NCBI RefSeq assembly: GCF_018977255.1
Contig: NW_024704742.1
Span: 115,508,001 to 115,572,000, forward strand
Direction: 5' to 3'
Length of the DNA: 64,000 bases
From: Callorhinchus milii
Lineage: Eukaryota
Shown here one piece after another: positions 42,517 through 55,272 of this stretch. The notes under the pieces were generated by a model. It worked only from the letters and a program-made list of their open reading frames with translations. It was not told the origin of the DNA and did no database searches. The translations under genes were made by a program, and so were the position numbers. The first letter of the stretch is position 1. Each line of letters opens with the position of its first letter.

Positions 42517-43324
42517 GTAGGTATGAATATGATGTGCCTGAGTAACTAGATTAGTTCACAGATATGCGTTTCCTGGAAGGAATGTCCCCAAATAAGTCTA
42601 TGTGGGTCAGCATAATGTAACTGTTACCCATGTTTTTCTTTAAAGTTTCTCCGAAGAATTTTTAAATGCTTATTTGACTGCCGTGGGGATGATCTCTTAT
42701 CCAAACGTACCTTATGTGTACAGTGTTTAGAGAACCCTGTGTTTGAAAGAATTTGACCTACTTTAACAACACTGACTCCACTCTTTGTGTATTTGGAGTT
42801 TGCTACATGTATCATCCAAAGCTGTAGGTGCAAATCAACAAGCAAGCAGTGTGCAGAATGGGTGGCATGATCTCCTGTGGCTCTGTACTACTGTCCCTCT
42901 TCCCCCTCCGCACTCCTTCCTCTAAAGTTAAAAGTATTGCTCTGCGCTCTGAATATATTAATGTTGCAATCAGTGATTTTCAACACCTTACTATGAGGTG
43001 CTGACCACTCCAGTTACACAAATAAAAATACCTCCAAATCATTTGCTTAATTCTTTTTCTTATGTGTCAAAGTTATCCTCAATTACACCAAAAATGTAAG
43101 AGATACCAAGATAACACTTACATTATTAAATTGCTCTCTTGTTTCAAGCGCTCCAAGACGCTACCCCTTGTGGAGAGCTCTACATAAATGCAAGTTGTTG
43201 TTTTGGTAGTGTTCATTTCTTGTATTATAGATGCCACCTAACATATGTGGTGCATTAAAATTTACGTTCTGTTAAACGTGGCTCATAGCACCGATTTGTA
43301 ACTCTTATTCTGTCTTCCATTAAG

Positions 43325-43549
43325 CTGGGTGCAGTACGTGAAACCTTGGAAAATGATCCAAAGCTTCAGAACTCATTTGAGGATGTCTATGAAATGCTGA
43401 CAAAGTCTGGACAGATCACAGCCCTGACCCTCGATGAGATGCTTTGTCAAGCACCAAATGGAAAGAAACAACTTAATCTTCTGCTGGGTCAGAGGAAGAT
43501 CAGTCGCCGGACCTTCAAACCCCTGCAGTCAGCCTTGTTTGCTGAGTAG
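43325..43549 (+). CDS. PTCD2: PTCD2 exon 10 (last coding exon)
   Basis: cattaag|LGAVRETLENDPKL...GQRKISRRTFKPLQSALFAE*; matches recalled human C-terminus RRTFQPLSQSLLAE. The ten exons sum to 1137 nt = 378 aa plus stop, with consistent phases. Confidence 0.96.
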   Translation: MGAVRETLENDPKLQNSFEDVYEMLTKSGQITALTLDEMLCQAPNGKKQLNLLLGQRKISRRTFKPLQSALFAE

Positions 43550-46500
43550 CTGGTCTGCATTGCTGTGAATGGAGTACAGAACAGCTGTGTATTCTTCACA
43601 CAAGCTATTCATGTTCAGTCTATTGAAAGAACAATTTTAAAGTCTGGTTTTGCTGAAGAGTCAGACCTATAGACCAACAAAGACGTTAGTAAAATCAATG
43701 AAGAAAGGAGTGAATGAAAGAGGTTAGCAATAAGCTTTTCTTTAAGGCTACAGTTTCAATGATTGAACCAGATTCTAAGAGATAGGTGCAATTTCTCACA
43801 CAAAATGTAATGTTCCCACAGGGATAACTAGGGACATTAGCTCTTTTAAAGGTGAATGAGGACTTCCAGTTTCCAATCTCTAAATATATCATCCACCCAG
43901 CAATTATTGCTTCTCACATCAATATATTTTTAAAATCCATTAGATGTTAACTAAGATGCTAATTCATTACATGCACAGTTTCACTTAAATCAAAAATTAC
44001 ACATGCATTTGCACAGTTTTTCAAAACGACAAAAGTCTCCTGCCAGAATTGTTATAACAAACACCCTGCTTCAAGTTGATTGAATTCCAACAACTTGTAT
44101 ATTGTAAAACCCTCTAAACAGCTGACATAGTTGTCTTTTCTGTTGCTTCATTGAAGCCAAGTCTGTTTAGTTGAACAGCTTGCTTTCGTAAATAGATTAA
44201 AAGTGAAAGAAGACATTTTTATTTTCTTTAAGAAAATATCTTTCATTTTACAGCAAATCCTTCCACCTTTCATTCAATTTAAGATGCTTTTTGGACAATA
44301 GTCCCAATTTATCTTGCTGAGTGTCCCACTCAGAGGTTGAATGAGGTAATTTTTATCATTAGCTTGAACAAAAACTCACCTCAGTAACTTACTTGGAAAG
44401 ATTCTACCTGGGTTTAGATTTATTCTTTTTTCTTGGCATTTCAAAATGTCCAAAAATCTGGCAAATTGTTGAATTCAGTCTTCACTCTGAAACTAATTTT
44501 CTGCAGCTCTTAAAAGAAATTACACGAAGACTGTTTTAAAATTAAGTAAGAGTGAATTTTGATCTATGTGGAATTTCTACTCCAGTGTTATTATAGTAGA
44601 CTTCATAAATTCAGTTCCTTTCCCTTTCCTCCATTGCTTCCTTAATGGGCACATTAATTTGAACATCTGTTATAAAATATTTTTCTAAAAAAAATCCTTT
44701 CGCAGATTGCAAGCATCATCAAGCAGGGGATGTACAATGAAAGGGATAGTGTATATGCTGTAGGCGTAATGATTTATTTCTAATCTGGTAATCTCTCCAA
44801 ATCATGATCTGATCCTGTGTTTAGAAAAGTACAGGGAGGAAATATTTTGTGGTGCACAGTTTTCAGTGCATGTTTTAATCACTATTTTCTGTGACAGTCA
44901 GTGTTTGAAAGGGACTGCTGGTGTCCCTCAAATAAATGTGAAATAGCCACATCCGGATTACGGATTCAAAATAAGCTATCGTGAAAGTGCACAATAATTT
45001 GAGGCCTTTTTGAATTTGCATCAAATTTGAAAAATGCTTTGATCTCAACTCATGGGTTGGATTCAGATTGCAATCAGATAATCACACTGTTACTGTGATG
45101 GATTGCACATCTGTAAATATCCTCCTCTTGAACTACAACATCAGATTCTTTGAAAAACATCTAAATACCGTGAGGACCTTTGTCATTCAGGTTCTTTGTT
45201 GTTCGGTGACTGCAAAGGTTTACGTGTCCACAAGTAATGACTTGTAGCCTCAATAAATTGAGATTTGAAAAAAACTTCTAAGTGAAATTGGATCTGGTAT
45301 TTTTTTTAAAAATATGAGTGTTGGGAAATGGTGTACCAGCACAAAGCATATTTTAAAACTGCAGATGACTGCTAAATACCACCTGTTTATTTTGTCCTAA
45401 AAGAAAATAAAAATATAAATTATGTTTCTTTCGATCCTTTAGTTTACCAATATTGTTAATAATTGCAGTATTCAGTACTTTTGTGCATAGATATATCATT
45501 ATGTTTACAGACTCCCACATGTTAAAGAAATTAGTTGTGTTTCTTGAAAGGAGAACTAAATCCAAGTGGCTGATTTTTTACAGCTCACTGCTCTCTCCTA
45601 TTGTATTTCTTTGATGGTTTCTCTGTTGATTTTGATTCCTAATTTTACTTGCCTATTTTGAATTAGGTAGTTATTCATGACACATGTTGAAAGTGGTTGA
45701 AATAAGCAATATCAAAGTAGTCAATATTGAAGAACAACATATAAACCATTAGAAAGAAACACTTAATGCAGTTGTCAATTTCTTTAAGAAACACCTGGGA
45801 AGAAACTGCATGTGAAGCTAAATTCACTCTATTTATGTGGCATTTTAGAGCATCTAGAATTTAACATTTTTTAAATGCTGCCTTAATTTTGAAGCTGGTT
45901 TTCTCCCAAGTTTTTTTTTAAGAATTGCAGAAACTGGCTTCAAAGTTGAGACTGGATTTAACAATTTGCCAAATTCCCTCCACTCAAAAATGATACATAA
46001 ATGGAGCAAATCTAGACCCAAGTGGATTTCTCCCCAACTATGAGTACAATGACCATTAGAGTTAATTGGATATTACAAGCATAGATGGACCTTAAAACAG
46101 ATTGTAAAACAATCGGTTTTACACTGTTTCAAATTGAAATAGCATGAGAAAGTAATTTCAAAGTAATCCGATCTCTGGTTTGAATGATTCTTTTAATGCT
46201 TATGATTTATTAAGTTGTCTAAAACCAAACCAGGTTGCTGTCTTCTATTACCATTCTCAAATAACCTGTTATTCCCAAAGTGGTTACTGTACAGCGGGTA
46301 GGATTCACCATTTGGATTAAGATCAAATTTAACTAAAAAGAGAGTAAAATGGGACTGAAGTTTGTGAATTTGTTCAGTTTTTTTAAGTTCCAGTAATAAC
46401 ATTTTTGTTTATTTCAGGTAGACATATTTTCATTACTGTAAAGCGCAACAGTTTTCATAATTGCACAACGTAACATTGATGCTGTCCCAACACAGCAATG

Positions 46501-48102
46501 CTGCTTTGTTGTGAAGTAGATACAAATAAATGGATACATGAAAATGTCCTTACTAATGTATGGAAATTTTTCTCTAATGCTCAGTAAAATATTTATTCTT
46601 AAAAGAATTATTGTCCACCGAGAATATTTGTTAATTCAGTTGAGATTAGGAGGAACCTTTTCACACAGGATGGGAGGGTGCAATTTTCTGCCACAATCAG
46701 TTGTCGGAGCAGCAACAATGTGCAAATTCAAATAAAGACTGGACATATTGTTAAGAGAGAATATCGTTGAGAAATATAGAGAAAAGGCTGGGATGTAGGA
46801 CTAGGGATAGGATCCAGGATAGCATCCATGTGGAGTGTAAACACCAGCCAGACTGCATGGGCCAAATGTCCTGTTTCTGAGCTGTACATTCTATGGATCC
46901 TATTCTAATTTAGATGAAGGACTTGGAACTGTAAGGAGTATGACAGCACTTCCTCTTCTCTATGCGGTGGGTGGTTGTGGGACAACAATGACAGCAGATC
47001 CCCAACATGAAGGCTCTCCCTACGCCATCCCCACACAAGAATTATTAAATGCAAATAATCTAACGTTCACATCACCACATCAAACGTTAACGAACATTAA
47101 GGTGCTGAATGTCAGAAGTTGTCCTGTGAAGGTCCTCCTACCACCCTGAAGGCACATGGCTGTCAAATAGCTGATGAGGAACCTGAGGCTTGGGACCGCA
47201 ACTGCTGGAAGGTGTTACCTGGAGTCTGGGTTGTGGACACCCACTCACATATCCAGGATTTGTTAACCACGTTGATTTGATTTGTATGCCAAGAGGTTGG
47301 CAGCTGCTGTTTATGCTGGTCCAATTGGTGGAACCATCACTCAAATGGTTATGGATCAACGTCTAAATTGAGGTGCAGGAGTTGGGTGGGGTGGGGGCGG
47401 TGGTGTATGCAGGTCTCCTTGGAGCGGACTTGGTGGTTTTAGCTGGTTTGACACCAGCAGTACCCCAACGCACACTCTGGGGTCCCCAAACTTTGCCTCT
47501 CACCATTAATCATCATTGTTAATATCTGTAATTAGGGGAGCAGGATGTGTCCCTCCAGGAAAAAAGTGCACATTGGATTCCAGATACAAGGAATCCACCT
47601 ACTTACTGTAAGCCACCTATTGTACAATATGGGGAATTGTCAGTGCTCTGAGATGCTACCCTGCCCGAAGTTGTTGTCAATCTGGTTTGGGTGGGTTTCC
47701 GTGTATTGTCGTCATGCTGAGCAAACAATCAATAAACAGCAGTGGCGCTCTACCTCTTCTATGCTTATATGAGCAGAGTTGGTATTGGAAGACAATACAG
47801 TAGAGGAAACTACCCCAAATGTATATTCCAAATTTTAGTCTCAGATAGTAATCCATCCATGAATTCACTCTGATTAGTTGAATATTTAGGTGCAACAGTG
47901 GCTTGCTTTTCCAGCATACAGTTGGTCGAGCAATGAGTTTTGTAGGAAATACAAATGCCTCTCAAATGCCTGCAGTAATTCACGCTGTGATGGCTAAACA
48001 GCTTCTTTAATACAATCAGCAACACTGAGCAGACAAAACCCTGAGACAGGCAAAGCTTCTGCGCTTCCTGCCTTCAGATCAGATGGTAGAATCTGCAGAG
48101 AG

Positions 48103-48208
48103 ATGGCGGGTTTATTGAAGGCTCTGGCTTCACAGAGAAGCACCATCGCCTGCAGAAGCCCAGCCTGCTGCCCTGTGTCAGCCATTCACAGCGGCCAACA
48201 CAGAGGCT
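48103..48208 (+). pseudogene. IDH2-like exon 1 (transit peptide), open frame
   Basis: AGATGGCGG start; MAGLLKALASQRSTIACRSPACCPVSAIHSGQHRG+T|gtgagt, phase 1; compare human IDH2 MAGYLR...PRRHY. Confidence 0.78.
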
Positions 48209-49690
48209 GTGAGTTCATCCACAATCTCTCTTAACCTTTCGCGCTATTCTGGCTAAAAAAAACCATAAACCCATAACTTTCATTGTTTCCCGACAAGTAC
48301 AACAGAGAGAGCTTTGGGTCTCAGGGATACACATGGGATTCAGCCACTGGCTGCACATCGCCTTGTAATTCTCGAGGGAGGTTTAGCAGGAGCAGATTTC
48401 TGAGCTCCTTGCAATATTGAGTGCAAACTGTCTCATTTTTCCCAGTTAATGATTGATCATTGGTCCGTGAGGACAAAGCAGATCATTCAGTCACCCTGCG
48501 CCTTGCAGGTGATGTGGTAGTAATGAGAGCACGAGCTAAGCTATTCAGAAGGAGTGTGACACACTGAAGCCCAGCAGCCCATTGGAGGGAATGGTCCAGG
48601 TCTCTGAAGTTTAACCTTGAGTGAACTTAATGGGGAAATTATTCAAAGCATTTTAATTGAAATCCCGAGGATCCTCTAATTGCTCTGTTATTTATACAAA
48701 ATCTACGGCAATAACCTCCTCATTCAGCTGTTATTGTAGTGGGTTACCAGAAGGAAAGGAAATGGATTGTTAAATATATGTTTGATGCTAACCACAATCT
48801 CTGGACTTAAGTCAAACTTGTAATACTGTATTTCCTTTATCTTTGTTATAAATTAGCTTTTTTATTTGCTCATGACTGCCCCTGGGATCCTGATCTATAC
48901 AGTACGGCTTTGTTCTCTTAAACATGTGCTTCTCGCTGGCCGCAGTTCAGTTCCACTTCATTTCTGTAATAAACTGGGGATGGAGCTCAGAATTGGTTTA
49001 AAACACAGACTTGTTCCACAGGGGGAACAGGTATATTGGGGACTTGGTCCCAAAGCACTGATCGCTAATCCTGGATTGGCATCAGAGTGCTCAAGAAATC
49101 AGGACTTGAGGGTGGAAAAAACAGGTCAGGGGACAAAAGCTGGATGCGTACAGATTATACAAAGACATTTGTGTACAAAAATACACAGTCACTATACTTT
49201 AACCGTAAATCTCTTGAAGAGCATAGTGCTATCCTGATATGAAAAGCACTATGTCGGAGGTGAGGATTATTCTATGCTAATTGTACTTAAAGTCATATAT
49301 GAGGGAGGGGGAATCATATATGAAGCGATTTCTAATAAAATTGTTCAATGAGGAAACTAGAAGTACATCCCTGCAATCCATAGAAGCTCTGCTCTGACAC
49401 AATTCACTTCACTGATTGGGATAGCATACTTCTGATTGACAGGAGAGTGTAACAATAATAATAATAATAATCCTTGCATTTGATTTAGTGCCTTTCATAT
49501 CAGAAGGATGTGTCAAAGCGCTAACCATGATTTTCTGTAAAGGCTAGTGACTGTGTGTTTTGTAGGTGACCAATTTAAGGAATCCTGTTACAAATCATAT
49601 TATATCAGATCCACCCTCCCCCCAAGGTTTCTTACAGTAGAAGAAAAAGGGAACACAGTTGATTGACAGATGTCTCCTTCTTATCCATAG

Positions 49691-49783
49691 ATATTAAGAA
49701 GTGAATTAAAGCTGAGAATCCTATGGTTGAAATGGATGGAGATGAAATGGCCAGAGTCATTATGGGCCCTCATTAAAGAAAAG
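49691..49783 (+). pseudogene. IDH2-like exon 2 (stop and +1 frameshift)
   Basis: catag|(Y)IKK*IKAENPMVEMDGDEMARVI/WALIKEK|gtac; TGA at 49702 where IDH2 has Arg. Confidence 0.93.
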
Positions 49784-49929
49784 GTACAACTTGTCACATG
49801 CTGAACTCAAATGCACAGAAATATTTTGTGTTTTGTTACATTCATAGTGGAGATTCATTTTGAGAGCCGAGATGCAAGGACATAGCTATGAGGAGAGCCT
49901 AGAGAGGTCAGGACATTTCCCATTAGAGC

Positions 49930-50275
49930 ATTGTGTGAGTGTGTCAGCCAGGCTCAGTTGGCTCACTCTTGTTTCTGGGTCAGGAGGTTGTGGGTTTAAT
50001 CCCCACATTGAGATTTTGAATTCATGCAGTGTAGGCTGATGCTCCAGTGCAGTGCTGTGCTGTGTTGTTGGAGGTGCCATCCTTCTATTGAGATATTAAA
50101 CTTAGTCCCTTCTGCCTGTTCAGGTGGATTGGCACTATTTGAGAAGAGAAGTGAGTTTCTCTCTGTGTCCTGGTCAACAATCCCCCACATAAAATTGGTC
50201 ACTTCATGGCTGTTTGTGGGACATTGCTGAGTGGCTGCCATGTTTGCCTGCAAAATACACAACACTACAATTTAC
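49930..50275 (+). mobile_element. Older, degenerate Deu-domain SINE
   Basis: GGCTCAGTTGG...GGTTGTGGGTTTAATCCCCAC head; GCTGTTTGTGGGACATTGCTG...GGCTGCCATGTTTGCCT core. Similar relics at about 16190-17150, 32520-33180, 36500-36700 and 55980-56210. Confidence 0.65.
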
Positions 50276-50517
50276 AGTGATAGGTTACCCTGAAAGACGA
50301 TTAGGATCTTCTGATGCACAAATTGAGCCACTCCAAGTGGGGTATGTTGGTTAGATTGATGATTCTCTTTTTCTGTGGAGGCTAAGTGTCCTCATTTTTG
50401 GAAACTCCTCCATGACCAAAAAAAACTCTTTGAAAAAAATTTCACAATTTTTTCAGTGAAGGGAAAATGAGGACAACATTTCCATAAATTGCCCACCAAG
50501 GATTTCAATATTCTCTT

Positions 50518-50614
50518 TCTGATGAAAGGTCATCAACCTGAAACGTTAACTCACTTTCCTCTCTCCATAGATGCTGCCTGACCTGCTGAGTGTTCCCGGT
50601 GACTTCTGTTTTTG
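50518..50614 (+). mobile_element. 97-bp Penelope-type terminal-repeat fragment with a minimal hammerhead-like core and 15-bp TSD
   Basis: CTGATGA-A-AGGT-CATCA-ACCT-GAAAC-GTT, flanked by identical TTTCAATATTCTCTT at 50503-50517 and 50615-50629. Confidence 0.7.
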
Positions 50615-51850
50615 TTTCAATATTCTCTTAGCCGTGTATTCTTTTTAAGTGATGCTTATGTTCCTGAACTTGGATTAATCTACAGAAAGGCAAACAATTA
50701 CAAAATATACCGTTATTATAGATACATTATGGTCTAAACTCAGTGACCTTATATCTGTCTTTCAGCCTAAAATTAAAAACACATATGAATCTATACTAAT
50801 AAAGATGAAATTTCTGTGTCTGCCTGTCTGTGTGTCAATCTACATTCCATATTGGATCCTTTGGTTGCAAGCGAAGCTGCAACGGGAACAGCTACGGGTT
50901 TCACTTTATACACAATAACTAAGTACGGGAACTGGATTCAGGACCTTTGACCTTGGATTACTATAGAAAATGGAACGGCAAATGTGTTTGTTTTCTCAAT
51001 GATTTTCATGTTTTTTTGCTTTGTTTTTCTCTGTTACTTTCATCTACAGTACTATTGTCTGTGCGAATAAGATAGTTTTACATTTATCCTTTTGTATTTG
51101 TGTTTTGTTTTTCGTTTGCCTAAAAGTATATGATCACTGCACGACACAGTAAATTCTTGGAAACCTTTTGACACACCCTCCCAATGTGAAAGGTTCCATA
51201 TCAAATGCAAGGATTGATATTTTCATTATTATGTGGAACAATGAAAATATTTAAGGGATATGGGGATAAGGCAGGGTTAGGTTATTGGCTGGAGTTAGAT
51301 TAGAAGATCAGCCATGATTGAATGGCGGGGCAGGCTCGAAGGGCCAAATGGCCTACTCCTGCTCCTACATGTTATGTTAAACTGACATTCATCTTGCTTC
51401 TTTTATAATTTTCCTTTGCATGGAATTAAAATGTTTCTTTCTCCCTCTTTTTTCCTCTTTTAAAATGTTTTGGGGCTGAAACTCCACCTGGGTCTAGGTT
51501 TATTTTATTTATGAAGCATCTTGGAGCTCTCAGAATTGAGCAAATTCTGAAATACAGCCTTAATTTTGAAGCCATTTTTCTGTAAATGCTTTTAAGATCA
51601 ATGGAAAACAAACTTCAAGACTGAATTCAACAATTTGCCAATTTCTGGGCACTCCAAAATACAATACTATTAATAATATTTGCATTAGTTACAGCACTTC
51701 ATCATGTCATCGAAATCTCAGGAATTACTGTGAAGTGTAGTAAATGTGTTCCCCATATTTGCAACTGAAATTGTTTATTCAGGAATCCTGTAAAGGAATA
51801 AAGCAAATTTGGACCTGAAAGATCTGATGTTACAGTAAGTGTTAACATGG

Positions 51851-52076
51851 CCTTTTGCGTTCCCCCCCCCCCCCCCTCACCCTACCCCCCTCCTCGCTCC
51901 CTCCCTTCCCTCCCCTCACCCTGACCATTTCCCCCCTCGCTCCCTCCCTCCCTCCCCTCACCCTGACCATTTCCCCCCTGCTCGGGTCATGACCCAACTG
52001 TGCAGCGCCTTGGGACGTCCTCCTGACGTGAAAGGCGCTTTATAAATGGAATCTTGTTGTTGTTGTTGTTGTTGTT
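51851..52076 (+). mobile_element. L2 3'UTR fragment immediately upstream of the IDH2-like exon 3 acceptor
   Basis: Near-identical to 19590-19741, with an internal duplication and a (GTT)n tail. Confidence 0.9.
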
Positions 52077-52086
52077 TACGTTTCAG

Positions 52087-52251
52087 CTTATTCTACCCAA
52101 TGTTAACGTGGAACTGAAATATTTTGACCTTGGTCTCTTGAATCGAGATAAACAAATGATCGGGTCACCATCGAATCAGCACTGGCAATGCAAAAATATA
52201 GTGTTGCAGTGAAATGTGCCACTATTACACCAGATGGAGCCTGGGTTAAAG
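52087..52251 (+). pseudogene. IDH2-like exon 3 (-1 frameshift)
   Basis: tttcag|[54 protein letters not shown]|gtgc. Confidence 0.95.
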
Positions 52252-52562
52252 GTGCATATTATTTGGTGAATTCATTTTATTTGGTCACTAGATATAGTAT
52301 ATTATCAAATTGAAAACAGCTTATTCAATCTTTTTGCTTTCAACACCGAGACTGAATTTGTCCTTCTTCGTGAAGTCTGCAACTTCTACATTGATGAAGG
52401 AATAATGCAACTTAAAAATGTCTTTTGATGTTTCTTCTGTCCTACCTGGTAAAACCAGCTGTTCAACATCGCAATCTGAAGTGTGGAGAATCCAATTGCA
52501 TTTCACTCAGATGCCAGCAGGTGGCAGTGGTGTGCTTATAATTATAATTCAATCCTAACAAC

Positions 52563-53114
52563 AATAATAATCCTTGCATTTGATATAACGTCTTTTCACG
52601 TCCTCGAGGCGTCTCAAAGCACTTCACAGAATATACTGTAAAGTAAATTGACTGTATATTTTGTGGGCGAAACGCGACAGCCAATTGTGCACAACAGTGT
52701 CGCACAAACAGTCGTGGATTGAGTGACCAATTTATTATATTTTTTAAGGAATTATTAACTCCGGAAAAGCAATCTGCCAATCGACTAACAACCGGGTTTC
52801 TACTTACCGTTAGGTAAACAGGGGTGTGTCTAGTAAGGAAAATTGCCCAACGTTTCACCTGCTGGGAATTGAACCCCAGGTCTCTCACTTGCTCAAAAAA
52901 ACAAAAAACAATAATAAATTGGTCATTTTCAATCTACGACTGTTTGTGGGACATTGCTGTGCGCAATTGGCTGCCGCGTTCGCCCACAAATATACAGTCA
53001 ATTCACTTTACAGTGTGTTCTGTGAAGCACTTTGGGACGTCCTCCCGACATGAAAAGCGCTATATCAAATGCAAGGATTATTATTATTATTATTGCTCTA
53101 GCCACTGAGCTGCA
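52563..53114 (-). mobile_element. SINE interrupted by an oppositely oriented SINE 3' half (about 52893-53095)
   Basis: The minus-strand head resumes at about 53095 (GCTCTAGCCACTGAGCTGCAGGACTCCAC) after the nested copy. Confidence 0.85.
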
Positions 53115-53399
53115 GGACTCCACAATGAAGTGCTCACTGGCATGTACAATTTTATAATAATAATAAGCCTTCCATTTGATGTAGCGCCTTATCGAGTCGT
53201 CGACACCTCAAAGCACTTCACAAGATATACGGCAAAGTGGATTGACTGTATATTGTTTGTTCAAACACTGTCCGAAACACTGATTGTCCAGCACCTTGGG
53301 ACATCCTCTCAATGTGAAAGGTGGTATACAAATGTAATTTTTTTGTTGTTGTATTGTGGGTGAAATGATTTTACAATTTTACAGCACAGAAGGAAGCCC

Positions 53400-55272
53400 A
53401 AGTCAGGAGGAACGTCCCAAGGCACTAGACAATCAATGTTTTGGACCTGAGCTGGGGGTCGGGATTGGGGAGGGTGGAGAGCCGAAGGGGGAAGGAGGGT
53501 GACTGAAGGCATGGTTGAAGAGGAGAGTCTTGAGACGGGTCTAGAAGGAGGTAAGGAAGGGGGCGAGGTGGATGGACTGCGGAATGGAATTCCAGAGGGT
53601 GGGGGCAGAGTGGCAGCAGGCCCGCCCACCAATGGCGAGGCGGGGACATGAAGCAGGCCAAGAGCCCGCTGAGCGGAGGGAGCGAGCAGGATGCTAGAGT
53701 GTTAGGAGGTCGCAGAGGTAGGGGGGAGCAAGGCCATGGAGGGCTTTGAAGATGAGGACCAGGATCTTGAATTGTATCCTCTGTGTGATGGGAAGCCAGT
53801 GGAGTCAGGTGAGGATGGGTGCGATAGGGTCATGGTGCAGGAGACGACACAGGCCTGCAAAGTTCTGGATGATCTGCAGCCTATGCAGGGAGGAGTTGGA
53901 GAGGCCAACAAGCAGGGAGTGGCAGAGCCGGGCGATGTTGTGGAGGTGGGGGAAGGCAAAGCAGGACATAGCATGAATGTGGGGTAGAAAGGATAGTTGA
54001 GGGTCAAACAAGTACACCAAGGTTCCAGACCTGCTTAGTAAGGTGGATTGTGCAACCTTGGATGGTGATGCTGTCAGTGCCTGAGGTGTGGAGGTGCTGA
54101 TGAGGGCCAATCAGGAGAGCCTCGGTCTTGTTGACGTTTAACTGTAGAATGTTAATTCTCATCCAGGACTTATAATAATAATCATCCATAATAATAATAA
54201 TAATAGACTTGATGTCTGAAAGGCAGTCTGGAGTTGACGGTGGAGGCAGAGAGATAGAGTTGGGTGTCATCGGCATACATGAGGAAATTGACCCCATGTC
54301 TACGGATGATGTCACCAAGAGGGAGCATATAAATATTGACGAGAAGGGGATCAAGGACAGAACCCTGAGGAACACTGCACGAGACTTTGCGGGGGCTAGA
54401 GGAGAAGGAGTTTGTGGAGATGATGTAGAGATGGTATGAGAGGTGAGGTAGAGTCTGAACCATTCATGGATGGAACCATGAAGGTTGAGGTGAGAGGCAG
54501 TGGAGGAGGATTCAGTGGTCAATGGTATTGAAGGCAGCAGAGAGGTCAAGGAGTACGAGGAGGCAGAGGGAGCCCTGGTCACAGATGGACCGAATGTCAT
54601 TTGTCACTTTGACCAAAGCTGTTTCTGTGCTGTGGGCGGCACAGAAACTGATTGGAGGGGTTTGTGAAGGGAGTGGCGGGAGAGGAAGGAGCGATGCTGG
54701 GAAGCAACGTCTCATTCCAGGACCTTGGAAAAGAAAGGGAGGTTAGAGATGGGGTGGCAGTTTGAGAGCAGGGATGGGTACAGGGAGGGTATTTTAAGGA
54801 TTTTTGATGATGCCTGTTTTTAAAGGGGTGAGAATGGTGCCAGTGGATAGGGAGAGGTTTATGATGTCTGTGAGTCAGGGGGCAAGGTGGTGGTAAGGTA
54901 AGGAGTAGGGATGGGGTCGAGGCAGCAGGTGGTCAGTTTCATGTGGGTTATGATGGTGATGAGAGAGGAGGGAGGGATGGGTAGGGCCCTGGGTGTGAGG
55001 GGTTGACGGGGAGGGGGTAATAGACGGAAGGGCAGAGGCAGCTGAATGGATCCACTTGACTTTGGTTTCAAGCAAGTCCAGCATCTCCTCGCAGTTGGCG
55101 TCGGAGGAGAGAATGGGTGAGGCATGAGAGGGTGGGTGGAGGAGCAATTTGGTGATGGAGAAGAGGAGCCTGGGGTTGTCCTTGGTCTCCAAAATTGTCT
55201 TGGAGTAGAACAACAATTTAGCAGAGCGGTAAGATTTGATAAAGTCCAGCCAGATCTGCCGATGGACTGTTA
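53400..55272 (-). mobile_element. L2 LINE, longest fragment in the window
   Basis: Broken ORF2: [38 protein letters not shown]. Confidence 0.92.

Noticed and set aside
43550..46540. PTCD2 poly(A) site
   Set aside because: Several AATAAA/ATTAAA candidates (about 44196, 44931, 45252, 45406, 46525); cannot choose without transcript data.
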